Assembly: GCA_963727485.1 (NCBI GenBank)
Contig: CAVSGM010000001.1
Span: 416,001 to 480,000, forward strand
DNA from: an uncultured delta proteobacterium
GTDB lineage: Bacteria; Myxococcota; Myxococcia; SLRQ01
Length of the DNA stretch: 64,000 bases
Direction: 5' to 3'
Shown here: in pieces, positions 24,026-33,957 of the stretch
How positions within the stretch are numbered: position 1 is the stretch's first letter
Layout: every line of letters starts with the position of its first letter
Position numbers and translations under genes: made by a program
The notes under the pieces: generated by a model
What the model was told of the DNA's origin: nothing
Seen by the model: the letters and a program-made list of their open reading frames with translations, nothing else
The model's database searches: none

Positions 24026-24787
24026 ATGAACCGGCACTTCTTCGGCGACGTCGGCGTCCTCCTGGGACGCTCCCTGCGCCACGTCACGCGCAGCCCCGAC
24101 ACCATCATCACCACGACGATCATGCCCATCGCCATGATGCTGCTGTTCGTCTACGTCTTCGGCGGCGCGATCCACGCGGGCCCGGGCCCCTACGTGAGCT
24201 ACCTGCTGCCCGGGATCCTCCTCATCACGGTGGCGACGGGGATCTCCTACACCGCCTTCCGGCTCTTCCTGGACCTCAAGAGCGGCATCTTCGAGCGGTT
24301 CCACGCCATGCCCATCGCCCGGGCCTCGGTCCTCTGGGCGCACGTGCTCACGTCCGTGCTGGCCAACCTGATCTCGCTCGGGGTCGTGGTGATCGTGGCG
24401 TTGATCATGGGCTTTCGCTCGGGCGCCGGGGTGGTGGCGTGGCTCGAGGTCGCCGGCCTCCTGATCCTCTTCACCCTGGCCCTCACCTGGATCGCCGTGA
24501 TCCCGGGCCTCACCGCCACCTCCGCCGAGGGCGCCAGCGCCTTCTCCTATCCGCTCATCTTCCTGCCGTTCATCAGCTCGGCGTTCGTGCCCACGGACAC
24601 CATGCCCGGAGCGGTGCGCGCCTTCGCGCGGCACCAGCCGGTGACCGCCATCGTGGACGCCCTCCGCGACCTGCTCACCCGGCAGCCGGGCGGCGCCGAC
24701 CTCGGGGCCGCGCTGGCGTGGTGCCTGGGCATCCTGGTGGTGGCCTACGTCCTGGCCATGGTCGTCTACCGCCGGCGGATCGCCTAG
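24026..24787 (+). CDS. ABC-2 type permease (DrrB-like)
   Basis: Six TM segments; YLLPGILL, SSAFVPTDTMP. Confidence 0.92.
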   Translation: MNRHFFGDVGVLLGRSLRHVTRSPDTIITTTIMPIAMMLLFVYVFGGAIHAGPGPYVSYLLPGILLITVATGISYTAFRLFLDLKSGIFERFHAMPIARASVLWAHVLTSVLANLISLGVVVIVALIMGFRSGAGVVAWLEVAGLLILFTLALTWIAVIPGLTATSAEGASAFSYPLIFLPFISSAFVPTDTMPGAVRAFARHQPVTAIVDALRDLLTRQPGGADLGAALAWCLGILVVAYVLAMVVYRRRIA

Positions 24788-24897
24788 GACCCGAGCGGGG
24801 CCTGGCCCCCATCCGTGGGGCCCTCGCTGGACGGGCCCGCCGCCCGGTGACTATCCTTCCCTTCGAGGCGACGCCTCGCGAACGCAGGAGAGCTCAC

Positions 24898-25161
24898 ATG
24901 GCCGTCGGTTGGGCCCGTGACGGGGCCGTCCAAGAGCAGATCGATGCCACCGTGGACGACGCGGTGGGCCGCGCGCGCCGGCGCGTGGGGGGCGAGAGCC
25001 TCACCCACTGCGAGGACTGCGACGAGCCCATCCCCGAGGCCCGGCGCCAAGCGCTGCCCGGGGTGCGGCGCTGCGTCGACTGCCAGGCCGAGGCCGACCA
25101 GCAGGAGATCTGGGACGCGGGCTACAACCGACGCGGCAGCAAGGACAGCCAGCTGAAGTAG
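24898..25161 (+). CDS. ybiI: DksA/TraR C4-type zinc finger protein (YbiI-like)
   Basis: MAVGWARDGAVQEQIDATV...CEDCDEPIPEARRQALPGVRRCVDCQ...YNRRGSKDSQLK; AGGAG RBS. Confidence 0.9.
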   Translation: MAVGWARDGAVQEQIDATVDDAVGRARRRVGGESLTHCEDCDEPIPEARRQALPGVRRCVDCQAEADQQEIWDAGYNRRGSKDSQLK

Positions 25162-25189
25162 CGGGGCGGCCGGGCCGAGGGCGGCCGCG

Positions 25190-27487
25190 CTACAGCAGCC
25201 CCCACCGCCGCCTAAGCGCCCACTCCAGGGCCGCGGCGCCGATGAGCACCGCCAAAAGCCACCACCGGTCCCAGAGGTCGACGTTCTTCTTCCGCCCGAC
25301 CTCCACGACCTTGGGGTCCACGAACGACAGGTTGGGGAAGGTGCTCGCGGGGAGCGTGTGCACCGAGCCGCCGGTGAGCTTGGCGATGGCACGCAAGAGC
25401 TTCGGCCGCGGCGCCGGGCTCACCATCTCGGGGCTCGTCGCCCGCACCAGGAACGCCCCGGACGCCTTGCCCAGCGGGATGCCATCGTCGGCGCTGTCGG
25501 CCTCGGCGTCGACCTTGAACGCGCCCTTCTTGCCGCCGAGATCGAGGCGCACCGTGGCCACCCCGTCGTCGCCGGCGGTGGACTTGAACGTCCCCACGTC
25601 GCTGCCGTCGGCCGCGAGCACCTTCACCGTCACCCGGGCGCCGGCGCCCGGGCCGTAGTTCTTGTTGCGCACGCTCACGTCGAGGACCACCGGCTCGCCG
25701 GGCTCATAGGCGTCCTTGGTCGGCCGCACCCGGACGTTGGTCAGGTCCGGATCGCGGATGAGCCAGCGCATGGCGTTGGTCCAGAAGCGGTCGTAGACGC
25801 GGCGGTCGCCGCCCTCGCCGGCGGCGGGGAAGCTCCAGAACCAGGTGGAGTCGGTCATCACCGCCATGGTCCGCCCCCGGCCCACCTCGCGGGTGGCGAT
25901 CACCGGCGCGTTGCCCCCGCCGTCGGCGGTCTTGAGGAACGGGTCCGAGAGGAGCACCTGGGCGTCGGGCTTCACCTTCGCCACCTCGTTCACCCCGTCG
26001 AGCTCGGGGAGCGAGGCGAAGATCCGGTCGGTGGCCTGGCGGCTCGAGCCCACCTGCATGATGGGGCTGCGGCGCCCGGCCTCGGTGAGCCTCGGCTGGA
26101 ACGCGTCGGTGGAGATGGTCCCCGAGGTCTGGGGCAACAGGTCCACCGGGAGGATGTCCTCGATGTAGGTGCCCTGGTAGCGGCCCTCGGAGAAGCTCTT
26201 CTCCCCGCCGATCATCACGAACGAGCCGCCGCCCTGGACGTAGTCCTTCACGTTGTCCAGGTACTGGGCCATGTTGTACGGCCCGTAGTCGAAGTTCTGG
26301 AAGATCACCAGGTCGAAGGTCTTCAGCTCCTTGGTGAACAGCTCGTCGGTGGGAAAGGGGATGAGCGAGAGGTCGTTCTGCGGCACCCGCGTCGAGTCCT
26401 GGGGCGTGCGCAGGATGAAGAAGCTGATGAGGTCGACGTTCGGGTCCTTCTTCAAGAGGCCCCGGAGGAAGCGCTCGTCCCAGCTCGGGCGCCCGACCAC
26501 CTGGAGCACCCGGATGCGGTCGCGGATCACCTTGAGCACGAACGAGCGCCGGTTGTTCGTGGTCACCGCCTCGCCGTCGAGCACCGGCGCCGACACCGTG
26601 TAGATGAACTTGCCGGTGGTGTCCGGGGTGAACTTGAAGGTCACCTCCGTGGGCTTGCCCGGCTCGAGGTGGACCGTCTGGCTGGAGACCACCCGGCCCT
26701 CGCGGCGCAGCGTCACCGGGAGGTCCTGGGCCTCGAAGCCCTCCTCGCGCACCGTCGCCTCCACCGAGATCGCGTTGCGCACGAAGGCGAAGTCGTCGGC
26801 GGCCACGTGGGTCACCGCCAGGTCCTTCACGTCCGAGGCCTCGCCGGTGACGAAGGCGTGCACCGGCGCCCCGAGCTTCTTCAGCGCCGCCCGGGCCGCC
26901 GGGGTGAGCCCCTGGCCCAGCGACGCCGTGTCCGCCCCGTCGGTCAGCAGGATCACCCCCGCGAGGCGCCTGCCCCCCGCGGGCCCCGTCCCACTCCCGG
27001 CGCCCTTGAGGGCCTGGAGCAGGTCCGTGTGCCTCCCCGTGGCCTTCGCCTGGCGCAGGTGCGCCCGGTCGCTGGCGTAGGTGTTCGCGTCGAAGGTGGA
27101 GAACTCGAAGACGAAGCGGTCCGAGAGCGTCTGGAAGTACGCGTCGTCGCCCAAAAGCGCCTGGGCCTCGGCCAGCCGCGTCTTCCCGTCGGCCCCCGGG
27201 AGCCCCATGGACTCCGAGGTGTCGAGGAGCACCGCCACCCGGTTCTTCACCCGGTGCACCTGCAGGAGCTGGATCGCCGGCTCCAGGAGCAGCGCCGCCG
27301 CCGCCAGCGCCGCCACCGTCCGCAGCGAGGTCAGAAGCCACCGCCGCCCCCGCCGCCGCTCGCGCTTGAGCCCCAGGTGCGCCGCCACCACCGCCGACGC
27401 CAGCGCCACCAGGAGCAGCGCCAGGAGCCACTTCGGCAGCGGCGAGAGGATCGCCAGGGTCCAGTCGTTGAAGCTGCCGGGGTGCAT
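25190..27487 (-). CDS. Membrane-anchored VWA-like plus class I GATase-like domain protein
   Basis: N-terminal TMs, LLDTSESM, LLTDGAD, VGRPSWDERFLR, GGSFVMIGG..SF, C-terminal EWALRRRWGL. Confidence 0.75.
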   Translation of the reverse strand: MHPGSFNDWTLAILSPLPKWLLALLLVALASAVVAAHLGLKRERRRGRRWLLTSLRTVAALAAAALLLEPAIQLLQVHRVKNRVAVLLDTSESMGLPGADGKTRLAEAQALLGDDAYFQTLSDRFVFEFSTFDANTYASDRAHLRQAKATGRHTDLLQALKGAGSGTGPAGGRRLAGVILLTDGADTASLGQGLTPAARAALKKLGAPVHAFVTGEASDVKDLAVTHVAADDFAFVRNAISVEATVREEGFEAQDLPVTLRREGRVVSSQTVHLEPGKPTEVTFKFTPDTTGKFIYTVSAPVLDGEAVTTNNRRSFVLKVIRDRIRVLQVVGRPSWDERFLRGLLKKDPNVDLISFFILRTPQDSTRVPQNDLSLIPFPTDELFTKELKTFDLVIFQNFDYGPYNMAQYLDNVKDYVQGGGSFVMIGGEKSFSEGRYQGTYIEDILPVDLLPQTSGTISTDAFQPRLTEAGRRSPIMQVGSSRQATDRIFASLPELDGVNEVAKVKPDAQVLLSDPFLKTADGGGNAPVIATREVGRGRTMAVMTDSTWFWSFPAAGEGGDRRVYDRFWTNAMRWLIRDPDLTNVRVRPTKDAYEPGEPVVLDVSVRNKNYGPGAGARVTVKVLAADGSDVGTFKSTAGDDGVATVRLDLGGKKGAFKVDAEADSADDGIPLGKASGAFLVRATSPEMVSPAPRPKLLRAIAKLTGGSVHTLPASTFPNLSFVDPKVVEVGRKKNVDLWDRWWLLAVLIGAAALEWALRRRWGLL

Positions 27488-28273
27488 CTAGCTCTTGCGG
27501 CGGCGGAGGATGAACGGGAGGTGGACCTGGTCGTCCTTGTAGTCGAGGCAGGTGGCGTACATCACCAGGTTCACCCCCAGGCGAAACGCGTTCTCCCGCT
27601 GCTGGGGCTCCAGGTCGAAGCGCCACATCCCCAGGTCGTCCCGGGCGTAGGCGCCGAGGAGGTCGTTCTCCGAGTAGACCACCGCGAAGCGCCCGCCCAC
27701 CTGGATCCCCTCGAGGTAGGGCTTGCGCAGCTCCCGGCCCGTGGGGTCGTCGAGGAGGTAGAACGACTTGTAGATCACGTGGTCCCGGGGGACCGTCTCG
27801 AACCGGTGGTCCGGGAGCACCGCCTGCATCAGCCCCCGCACCGACTGGTCGAAGGGCGAGCCGTCCCCGCCGGCGCTGGAGTCGACCAGCAGCATCCCTC
27901 CGTAGGTGAGGAAGCGCCGGAGGTTGGCGATGGCCTGGGCGTCCGGCAGCGGGAAGCCGTCGGCGCCGGCGAGCACCGTGAGCGGGTGGTAGAAGAGCTT
28001 GGGCGAGGCGGGCGGCAGGGTGACCGCCGTGAGCTCCGCCTCGATGCTGGTCCGGGAGACCACCTCCCAGGCGAGGCGCCGGAGCGCCGTGGGCCGGGGG
28101 TCCGAGCCGTCGCCGTGGTCGAGGAGGGCGAAGACCAGCTCGCTCGACTTCCCGAAGGCCAGCGCCCGGGAGGCCCGCAAAAGCGGCAGGCCCAGCAGCC
28201 CGCCGACGCCCAGGCGCAGGAGCGCGCGCCGGGACAGGCGCAGGCGTCCGTCGCTGCGATCACCGTCCGACAC
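27488..28273 (-). CDS. DUF4159-family protein with Tat-like signal
   Basis: SRRALLRLG twin-Arg; LRRFLTYGGMLLVD, DHVIYKSFYL, RLGVNLVMYA...YKDDQVH. Confidence 0.8.
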   Translation of the reverse strand: MSDGDRSDGRLRLSRRALLRLGVGGLLGLPLLRASRALAFGKSSELVFALLDHGDGSDPRPTALRRLAWEVVSRTSIEAELTAVTLPPASPKLFYHPLTVLAGADGFPLPDAQAIANLRRFLTYGGMLLVDSSAGGDGSPFDQSVRGLMQAVLPDHRFETVPRDHVIYKSFYLLDDPTGRELRKPYLEGIQVGGRFAVVYSENDLLGAYARDDLGMWRFDLEPQQRENAFRLGVNLVMYATCLDYKDDQVHLPFILRRRKS

Positions 28274-29117
28274 GCAGCGCCCTCCTCCCGTCAAAGTAGC
28301 TGGTCACCGTCACCGTAAGTCCGTCTCGTCTGGCCCGGTCGAGGAGGAGCCGCAGGGCCGGCCCCTTGGGTACGTCCCGCAGCCGGCCCTGGTCGTCGAC
28401 CACCGGCACCGCCCCATCATACTCGTCGAGGAGGGCCGCCGCGGCCAGCGACAGGCCCGGAAACGGGATCGTGTCGCCAACCTCCACCACAAAGGTGCCA
28501 TTCCCCCGCTTCAGGACCCAGGCGTGGAGGGTCCGCACGTAGACCGCGTCGTCCGCCCGCCCCCCGATCCGGGCCTCGGCGGCGGCCCGGGAGAAGCCCC
28601 GGGGCGCCACCCGCACCGGGATCTCCCGCCGCAGGGGCACCGCCTGCCCGCGGGCGGGGATCCGCCGCTCCTCCATGAGCCGGCCCGGGGCGCCTCGGCG
28701 AAGCGGCCGGAGCCGCGCCACCAGGCGGACCCGCCCGGCGCCGGGGGTGGGGAAGTAGAAGGCCAGGCGGTAGCGGGCCGAGGCTCCCGGTGGCACGAAC
28801 CCGAAGGCCCGGCGCGTCCCCGGGCCCGAGGCGATGGTCAGGGATCGGTGGCCGGTGGCGGCGCCGGAGATCCGGAAGCCGAGGATCACGAAGGGCGCCG
28901 GCCCGGCGTTGACCACCTCCACCGGCACCGTGCGCACCAGCCCCTCGCCGAGGCCCGCAAACGCGCCAGGGGGCAGGCGGAACCGGGCCACCGGCGCCGG
29001 GATCGTCGCCGCCGCCCGGGCAAGGCGGTGCCGGGTGGCGCCGGGGGTGGCGCAGCCGGCCGCCCCCGCCAGGATCCCGGCTCCGAGCGCGGCGGCGAGG
29101 GCACCCCGCCGCCTCAC
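28260..29117 (-). CDS. Hypothetical lipoprotein
   Basis: GTG overlapping the upstream stop; ALAAALGAGILAGAAGC lipobox; 3' end uncertain. Confidence 0.5.
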   Translation of the reverse strand: MRRRGALAAALGAGILAGAAGCATPGATRHRLARAAATIPAPVARFRLPPGAFAGLGEGLVRTVPVEVVNAGPAPFVILGFRISGAATGHRSLTIASGPGTRRAFGFVPPGASARYRLAFYFPTPGAGRVRLVARLRPLRRGAPGRLMEERRIPARGQAVPLRREIPVRVAPRGFSRAAAEARIGGRADDAVYVRTLHAWVLKRGNGTFVVEVGDTIPFPGLSLAAAALLDEYDGAVPVVDDQGRLRDVPKGPALRLLLDRARRDGLTVTVTSYFDGRRALRVGR

Positions 29118-29683
29118 GAGCCGGCGTGGCCCCCGTGCCCGTAGGCCACCAGGACGCCCTGGGCGATCCGCGCCCCGTCGGCGAACTGGGTGAGCTTCAC
29201 CGGCCCCACCCCGGGGCAGAAGGTGTGGACCTGGCGGATCTGCGCCGCCGGCACCCGCTCGTCGACCACCACGCAGTCCGGGAAGGTCCCGGCGGGCACC
29301 GTCACCGTCCGGCCCACCGCGGTCACCGTGGCCGTGCCCCCGAGGGGCGCCGGCCAGTGGGCCCCCTGGGTCACCGGCCCCTTGAGGAGCCAGGCGTCCT
29401 GGGCCGGGCGGAAGATCCCGTCGGGCCGGAGCTGGTAGTCGTAGGCGTGGGGCCCCGAGCGCAGGTGCACCGTGTGCCCGTCCACCCCGACCACCCGGGT
29501 CACCGTGGTGGCGTGGCCGGCCGCGCCGGGCCGGCTCACCTGGAAGGTCCAGGTCCGACCGGCGGCCAGGGGGTAGAGGGCGCTGGGGTCCGTGGGATCG
29601 GGCCCGTGGGCGCCGAGGTGGGCGCACCCGGCCAGCGTGGCCAGGGCCACCCCGAGCGCGCCCGTCAGGAGCCGCCTTCCCAT
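29114..29683 (-). CDS. Hypothetical lipoprotein (beta-rich, VTVPAGTF motif)
   Basis: VALATLAGC lipobox; YPLAAGRTWTF, TVTVPAGTFPDC, FCPGVGPVK. Confidence 0.7.
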   Translation of the reverse strand: MGRRLLTGALGVALATLAGCAHLGAHGPDPTDPSALYPLAAGRTWTFQVSRPGAAGHATTVTRVVGVDGHTVHLRSGPHAYDYQLRPDGIFRPAQDAWLLKGPVTQGAHWPAPLGGTATVTAVGRTVTVPAGTFPDCVVVDERVPAAQIRQVHTFCPGVGPVKLTQFADGARIAQGVLVAYGHGGHAGS

Positions 29684-29691
29684 CGCCAGCC

Positions 29692-29895
29692 CTAGAACTT
29701 CTTGAACCGCTCGTGGATGCGCAGGACCTCGCCCTTCTTCCGCTCCACCTCCACGGTCTCCTCGATGGGCACCATCTGCTTGCTCACGGCGCAGAAGACC
29801 ATCTCGCCCGAGGTCTCGGGGGCGGTGGGGGTCTCGGCGGTGGCCTCGGCGTCGGCCAGGCTCTGGGTCTCGGTCTCGTTGTCGAACTCGGACAT
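29692..29895 (-). CDS. Small acidic hypothetical protein (67 aa)
   Basis: GAGGAG RBS; coding-like codon usage. Confidence 0.6.
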   Translation of the reverse strand: MSEFDNETETQSLADAEATAETPTAPETSGEMVFCAVSKQMVPIEETVEVERKKGEVLRIHERFKKF

Positions 29896-29975
29896 ATGGG
29901 TCTCCTCGGGCCGCCAAGTAGCACGCACCGGCCCTGGCCCGCAACTGCCTCTTCTGCTACAAGCGCCGACGACCC

Positions 29976-30239
29976 ATGGCGAAGAAGCGGCAGAACCACG
30001 GCGGCACCTCGGCCCCCCTCAATCGGCTCTACGCCGCCATCGACACCGGCGACAACCGCCTGGCCCACCAGCTCGCCGACCAGATCCTCCAGGATCCCGA
30101 GTCCCCGGAGGCCGCCCGGACCGAGGCCCGGAAGATCGACCGGGGCCTGAAGATGGACTGGGTGGCCCTCGCCTTCGTCATCGGCGGCGTCACCCTGTGG
30201 ACCGTGGCCTTCGTCCTCGGTGTCCTCGCCCGGAGGTAG
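29976..30239 (+). CDS. Small protein with C-terminal TM helix
   Basis: Clean ORF, hydrophobic C-terminus. Confidence 0.6.
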   Translation: MAKKRQNHGGTSAPLNRLYAAIDTGDNRLAHQLADQILQDPESPEAARTEARKIDRGLKMDWVALAFVIGGVTLWTVAFVLGVLARR

Positions 30240-30244
30240 GCCAA

Positions 30245-30946
30245 GTGCCCCAGGTGCTCCGCGCCCTGTCCTTCGACAGCCTCCTCCGGCTCCCCGGGCA
30301 GATCCCCGCGGTGGTGGGCATCCCCCTGGTGATCCTGGGCTGCGTCTACCTCTTCTTCGGCAAGCGCCTCTTCCGCCTCCTGGTGGCGGCGGTGGGTGCC
30401 GCGGTGGGCTTCGAGGCCGGGCGCCTCCTCGGCCTCCACTTCCAGGTGCGGCCCCTGTGGCTGGAGCTCCCCGGCGCCCTCATCGTCGGGGGCGTGTTCT
30501 GGCCCCTGTGGCAGATCGCCGTGTTCCTGGTCGGGGGCGGGTTCGCGGCGCTCCTCGGGGCCCAGGCGATGGAGGCGGGGACCAGCGACCCCCAGAGCTT
30601 CCTCATCGGCGCCGCCGCCGGCTTCCTCCTCGGGGGCCTCGCCTCGATTCTCCTGGTCAAGGCCATGGCCGTGATCATCACCGCCGCCGCCGGCGCGGTG
30701 ATGGTCTTCGTCGGCGGCGTCGCCCTGGGCCACGGCATCCCCCTGGTGCGCAGCCTCTCGCACCTCCCCCTGGTGGCGGCGGCGGTGATGGGCATCCTCA
30801 TGGTCGCGGGGATCGTGGCCCAGATGGGCCAGCCCGACGCCGAGGTCGCCAACAAGCGCAAGATCGAGGAGGCGGAGCAGCGGGCCAAGGAGAAGGCCGA
30901 CGCCGAGGCCCGCGAGCGCTACCAGCGCTACCGCCACGGCGGGTGA
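30245..30946 (+). CDS. DUF4203/TMEM198-like multi-pass membrane protein
   Basis: GGAGG RBS; LFFGKRLFRLLVAAVGA..GF; seven hydrophobic segments. Confidence 0.7.
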   Translation: MPQVLRALSFDSLLRLPGQIPAVVGIPLVILGCVYLFFGKRLFRLLVAAVGAAVGFEAGRLLGLHFQVRPLWLELPGALIVGGVFWPLWQIAVFLVGGGFAALLGAQAMEAGTSDPQSFLIGAAAGFLLGGLASILLVKAMAVIITAAAGAVMVFVGGVALGHGIPLVRSLSHLPLVAAAVMGILMVAGIVAQMGQPDAEVANKRKIEEAEQRAKEKADAEARERYQRYRHGG

Positions 30947-32154
30947 TCCTCGAGATCACCCACCTCGGCGCCGACGGCGCCGGCCGCGCCCAGGGACCGG
31001 ACGGCGCCGAGCTCCGCGTCGCCCGCACCGCCCCCGGCGACCGGGTCGAGGCCCGCCCCGACGGCCCGGGCTGGGCGGCGGTGGAGGCCGTCCTCGCGCC
31101 CGGCCCCGACCGGGTCGCCGCCCCCTGCCCACACTTCGATCGGGGCTGCGGGGGCTGCCACCTCCAGCACCTCGCCCCCGCGGCCCAGCGGGCCCACAAG
31201 CGCCGGGTGGTCGCCGGGATCCTCGGGGTCGAGGCGCCGTGGCTCGTCCTGCGCCACTTCCAGCCCCCGGCCGGGCGCCTCGCCGACCGCCAGCGGGGCC
31301 GGATGCAGGCCGACGACGGGCGCCTGGGCTTCCATCGCCGGGCGAGCCGCGCCCTCCTCGAGGTCGACGACTGCCCCCTCTTCGGCGCCGAGCTCGCCCG
31401 GGCCGTCGCCGAGGTCCGGGCCGCGCTCCCCCGGGCCACCGCGGGGGTGGAGGTCTTCGCCGCCGCCGACGGCACCTACGACGTCCGCTTCGACCCCCGC
31501 ACCGCCAAGGTCGCGGGCCTCCCGCGCCTCGGGGCCCGCTGGGTCCGGGAGGCGGGGCTGTGGCACCAGCCCGGGGCCTTCGCCCAGGCCGACCGCACCG
31601 GCGTGCGCCTGCTGGTGCGCACCGTCCTCGAGGCCACCGCCGGCGCCGCCGGCCCGGTGCTGGAGCTCGGGGCCGGCATCGGCACCCTGACCCTGCCGCT
31701 GGCGGGCCGCTTCGGCGCCGTCACCGCCGTGGAGCTCCCGGGCCCGGGCTTCGACGCCGGGGTGCGCAACGCCGCCGGCCACCCGGGGATCCGCCACCGC
31801 CACGCGCCGGTCGGGGGGCACCCCCTGGTGGTCGCCGATCCTCCCCGGGGGGGCTTCGGCGGGCGCCTGGCCCCGGCGCTCCCCGGGGCCCGGGACGTGG
31901 TCCACGTGGCCTGCGGCTACCGGGGCCTCGCCACCGACGCCGCCGTTCTCCGGGAGGCGGGCTTCGAGCTTCGCGCCGGGTGGGTCCTCGACCTCTTCCC
32001 CGGCAGCGCCCACGCCGAGGTGGTCACGAGGTGGACTTGGAGCCCAGCGCCTCGATCTCGAGGTTGTCGAAGTCCAGCGGGGTCTCCCAGGCGCAGAAGC
32101 CGAAGCGATCGTGACGCCGGCCCACCAGCGGGTGCGGGTCGTCGTAGGTCATGA
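30943..32154 (+). CDS. RlmD/TrmA-like RNA m5U methyltransferase (TRAM domain plus Fe-S cysteines); 3' end uncertain
   Basis: CPHFDRGCGGCHLQH, AFAQ, ELGAGIG, ADPPRGG, VAC, DLFPGSAHAEVV. Confidence 0.82.
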   Translation: MILEITHLGADGAGRAQGPDGAELRVARTAPGDRVEARPDGPGWAAVEAVLAPGPDRVAAPCPHFDRGCGGCHLQHLAPAAQRAHKRRVVAGILGVEAPWLVLRHFQPPAGRLADRQRGRMQADDGRLGFHRRASRALLEVDDCPLFGAELARAVAEVRAALPRATAGVEVFAAADGTYDVRFDPRTAKVAGLPRLGARWVREAGLWHQPGAFAQADRTGVRLLVRTVLEATAGAAGPVLELGAGIGTLTLPLAGRFGAVTAVELPGPGFDAGVRNAAGHPGIRHRHAPVGGHPLVVADPPRGGFGGRLAPALPGARDVVHVACGYRGLATDAAVLREAGFELRAGWVLDLFPGSAHAEVVTRWTWSPAPRSRGCRSPAGSPRRRSRSDRDAGPPAGAGRRRS

Positions 32155-32686
32155 ACTTCTCGCCGTCGACGTACCAGGTGATGTCGCCGCCCTTGGGGGT
32201 GACCGTCCGGGTGATGCGCATGTGGTAGACGCGCCCGGGGACCACCCGCTTGTCCCGGCGCTCCTTGCGGTCCGCGCCGTGCTCGTCGCCCCGGCTGATG
32301 ATGCTGATGGTGTTGTGCCAGCCGCCGAAGATGAACACGTAGCCGCTCTCGTGGTCCCGGCCGTCGCCGAAGGCCTCGAACTTGATGTCCCCGTCGGCCT
32401 TCTCGGTCTTCACGTCGAAGGAGATGGAGACGTCCCGGGGCAGGGGGACCCGGAGCCACAGGGGGTTGTTCTTCACCGGGGGCAGGTGCAGCCAGCCGCC
32501 CTGGAGGGTCGGCTCGAAGGCCCGGTAGAAGTCCGGCCGGTACATGTCGCCCACCTGGGCCCGGTCGAAGGTGTCCTCGAAGGGCACCTGGCCCTTGGTC
32601 TCCGGCGCCCAGAAGAGCTGGTGCACCAGGGGAACCTGCACCACCGCGAGGACCGCGGCGACGATCGCCCATCCCTTCCAGCTCAT
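32024..32686 (-). CDS. Membrane-anchored hypothetical protein with predicted ConA-like beta-sandwich
   Basis: TGATG-coupled to the sigma gene; PLWL..PLP.DV.I.FD, GYVFIFGGWHNT, YDDPHPL, FDNL. Confidence 0.7.
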   Translation of the reverse strand: MSWKGWAIVAAVLAVVQVPLVHQLFWAPETKGQVPFEDTFDRAQVGDMYRPDFYRAFEPTLQGGWLHLPPVKNNPLWLRVPLPRDVSISFDVKTEKADGDIKFEAFGDGRDHESGYVFIFGGWHNTISIISRGDEHGADRKERRDKRVVPGRVYHMRITRTVTPKGGDITWYVDGEKFMTYDDPHPLVGRRHDRFGFCAWETPLDFDNLEIEALGSKSTS

Positions 32687-33723
32687 CAGGCCCGATCCTC
32701 CACCACCAGGTCGCCGAAGTCGGGGATCTCGTGCTCCAGGTACGCCTTGAGTCGCTTCACCATGCGCTTCTCCAGTTGCCGGGCCCGCTCGCGGGTGACG
32801 CCGAAGTGCTCGCCCACCGCCTGGAGGGTCAGGGGATCCTCGGCCATGAGCCGGTTGTCGTAGATGAACCGCTCCCGCTCGTCGGTGATGCCTGCGGCGA
32901 AGCGCTCGAGCTTCTCCCGGAAGATGCCGCGCAGCTCCCGGTCGGCGAGGATCTCGTCGCTGCCCTCGCCCTGGAACGAGAGGCGGTCGCCGAGGGTGAG
33001 GTCGCCGTCGTCGCCGCCGCCCATCGGGGTGTCGATGGAGGCCTCGCGCTGGGAGAGCCGCTGGTCCATGTCGATGACGTCCTGCTCGGGGACGTCGAGG
33101 CGCTCGGCCAGGAGCTTGGGCTCGGGGGCGAAGCCCAGGGCCTCGAGCTTGCGCTTCTCCTTGCGCAGGTTGAAGAAGAGCTTGCGCTGGGACTGGGTGG
33201 TCCCGAGCTTCACCATCCGCCAGTTGTCCATGATGAAGCGGATGATGTACGCGCGGATCCACCAGGCGGCGTAGGTGGAGAGCTTGACGCCCTTGTAGGG
33301 GTCGAACTTCCGCACCGCCAGCATCAGCCCCACGTTGCCCTCCTGGATCAGGTCCAGGAGGCTGAAGGCGGCGCGGCGGTAGTCGTGGGCGATCTTCACC
33401 ACCAGCCGGAGGTTGGCGGTGACCAGGCGGTAGGCGGCGTCGAGGTCGCCCTCCTCCACGTAGCGGACGGCCAGGTCGTGCTCCTCCTCCCGGGAGAGCA
33501 GGGCGTGGCGGGAGATCTCCGAGAGGTAGCGGCGGAGCGGGTCGGTGGGGGCCAGCGCGCTGGAGCCGGGGGCCGGCGCCGGGACCCGGGAGGTGTCGGG
33601 CCCCAGGTCGAGGTCGTCGGCGTCGTCCTCGAGGTCCGCACCCCCGGCCGTCTCGGCCTCGGGGAGGGTCTGTTCGCCCTCGGGGAGGGCGTCGTCGCGG
33701 GGGTCTTCGGGGGATCTGGGCAT
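32686..33723 (-). CDS. rpoH: RNA polymerase sigma-32 (RpoH) family sigma factor
   Basis: DLIQEGNVGLM.AV.KFDP, YAAWWIRAYI, RpoH box VKLGTTQSQRKLFFNLRKEK, GVTRERARQLE. Confidence 0.9.
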   Translation of the reverse strand: MPRSPEDPRDDALPEGEQTLPEAETAGGADLEDDADDLDLGPDTSRVPAPAPGSSALAPTDPLRRYLSEISRHALLSREEEHDLAVRYVEEGDLDAAYRLVTANLRLVVKIAHDYRRAAFSLLDLIQEGNVGLMLAVRKFDPYKGVKLSTYAAWWIRAYIIRFIMDNWRMVKLGTTQSQRKLFFNLRKEKRKLEALGFAPEPKLLAERLDVPEQDVIDMDQRLSQREASIDTPMGGGDDGDLTLGDRLSFQGEGSDEILADRELRGIFREKLERFAAGITDERERFIYDNRLMAEDPLTLQAVGEHFGVTRERARQLEKRMVKRLKAYLEHEIPDFGDLVVEDRA

Positions 33724-33957
33724 GGTCCCGGGCGTGACAGCGGGAAGGAACTCGGCTATTTGAAGCGTTCCTACCAAGAGGTAGGCCATAACACCAAGAA
33801 CGTCCGGGCCGGATCGCGCCCGGCCGCTCAAGGACCCTGACGATGCGCCCACGACCGGGAGGAATCAAGGTGGGCGCCTGGCCAAGGCTCTTGAGCGGCC
33901 CGCATCCAGGGTAGCCCGGGCGTCGACCCCGGCCGAAGCGCCGGGAAAGGAACGCCC

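Noticed and set aside
32024..32154. Long convergent overlaps (RlmD-like with the neighbour; also TPR/M48 at 62852-62919)
   Set aside because: The extensions are low-complexity tails beyond the conserved domains, common in high-GC DNA or caused by indels.
33845..33877. SRP (4.5S) RNA, because of CC-GGGA-GGAA
   Set aside because: The conserved CAGG/AGCA internal loop is absent.
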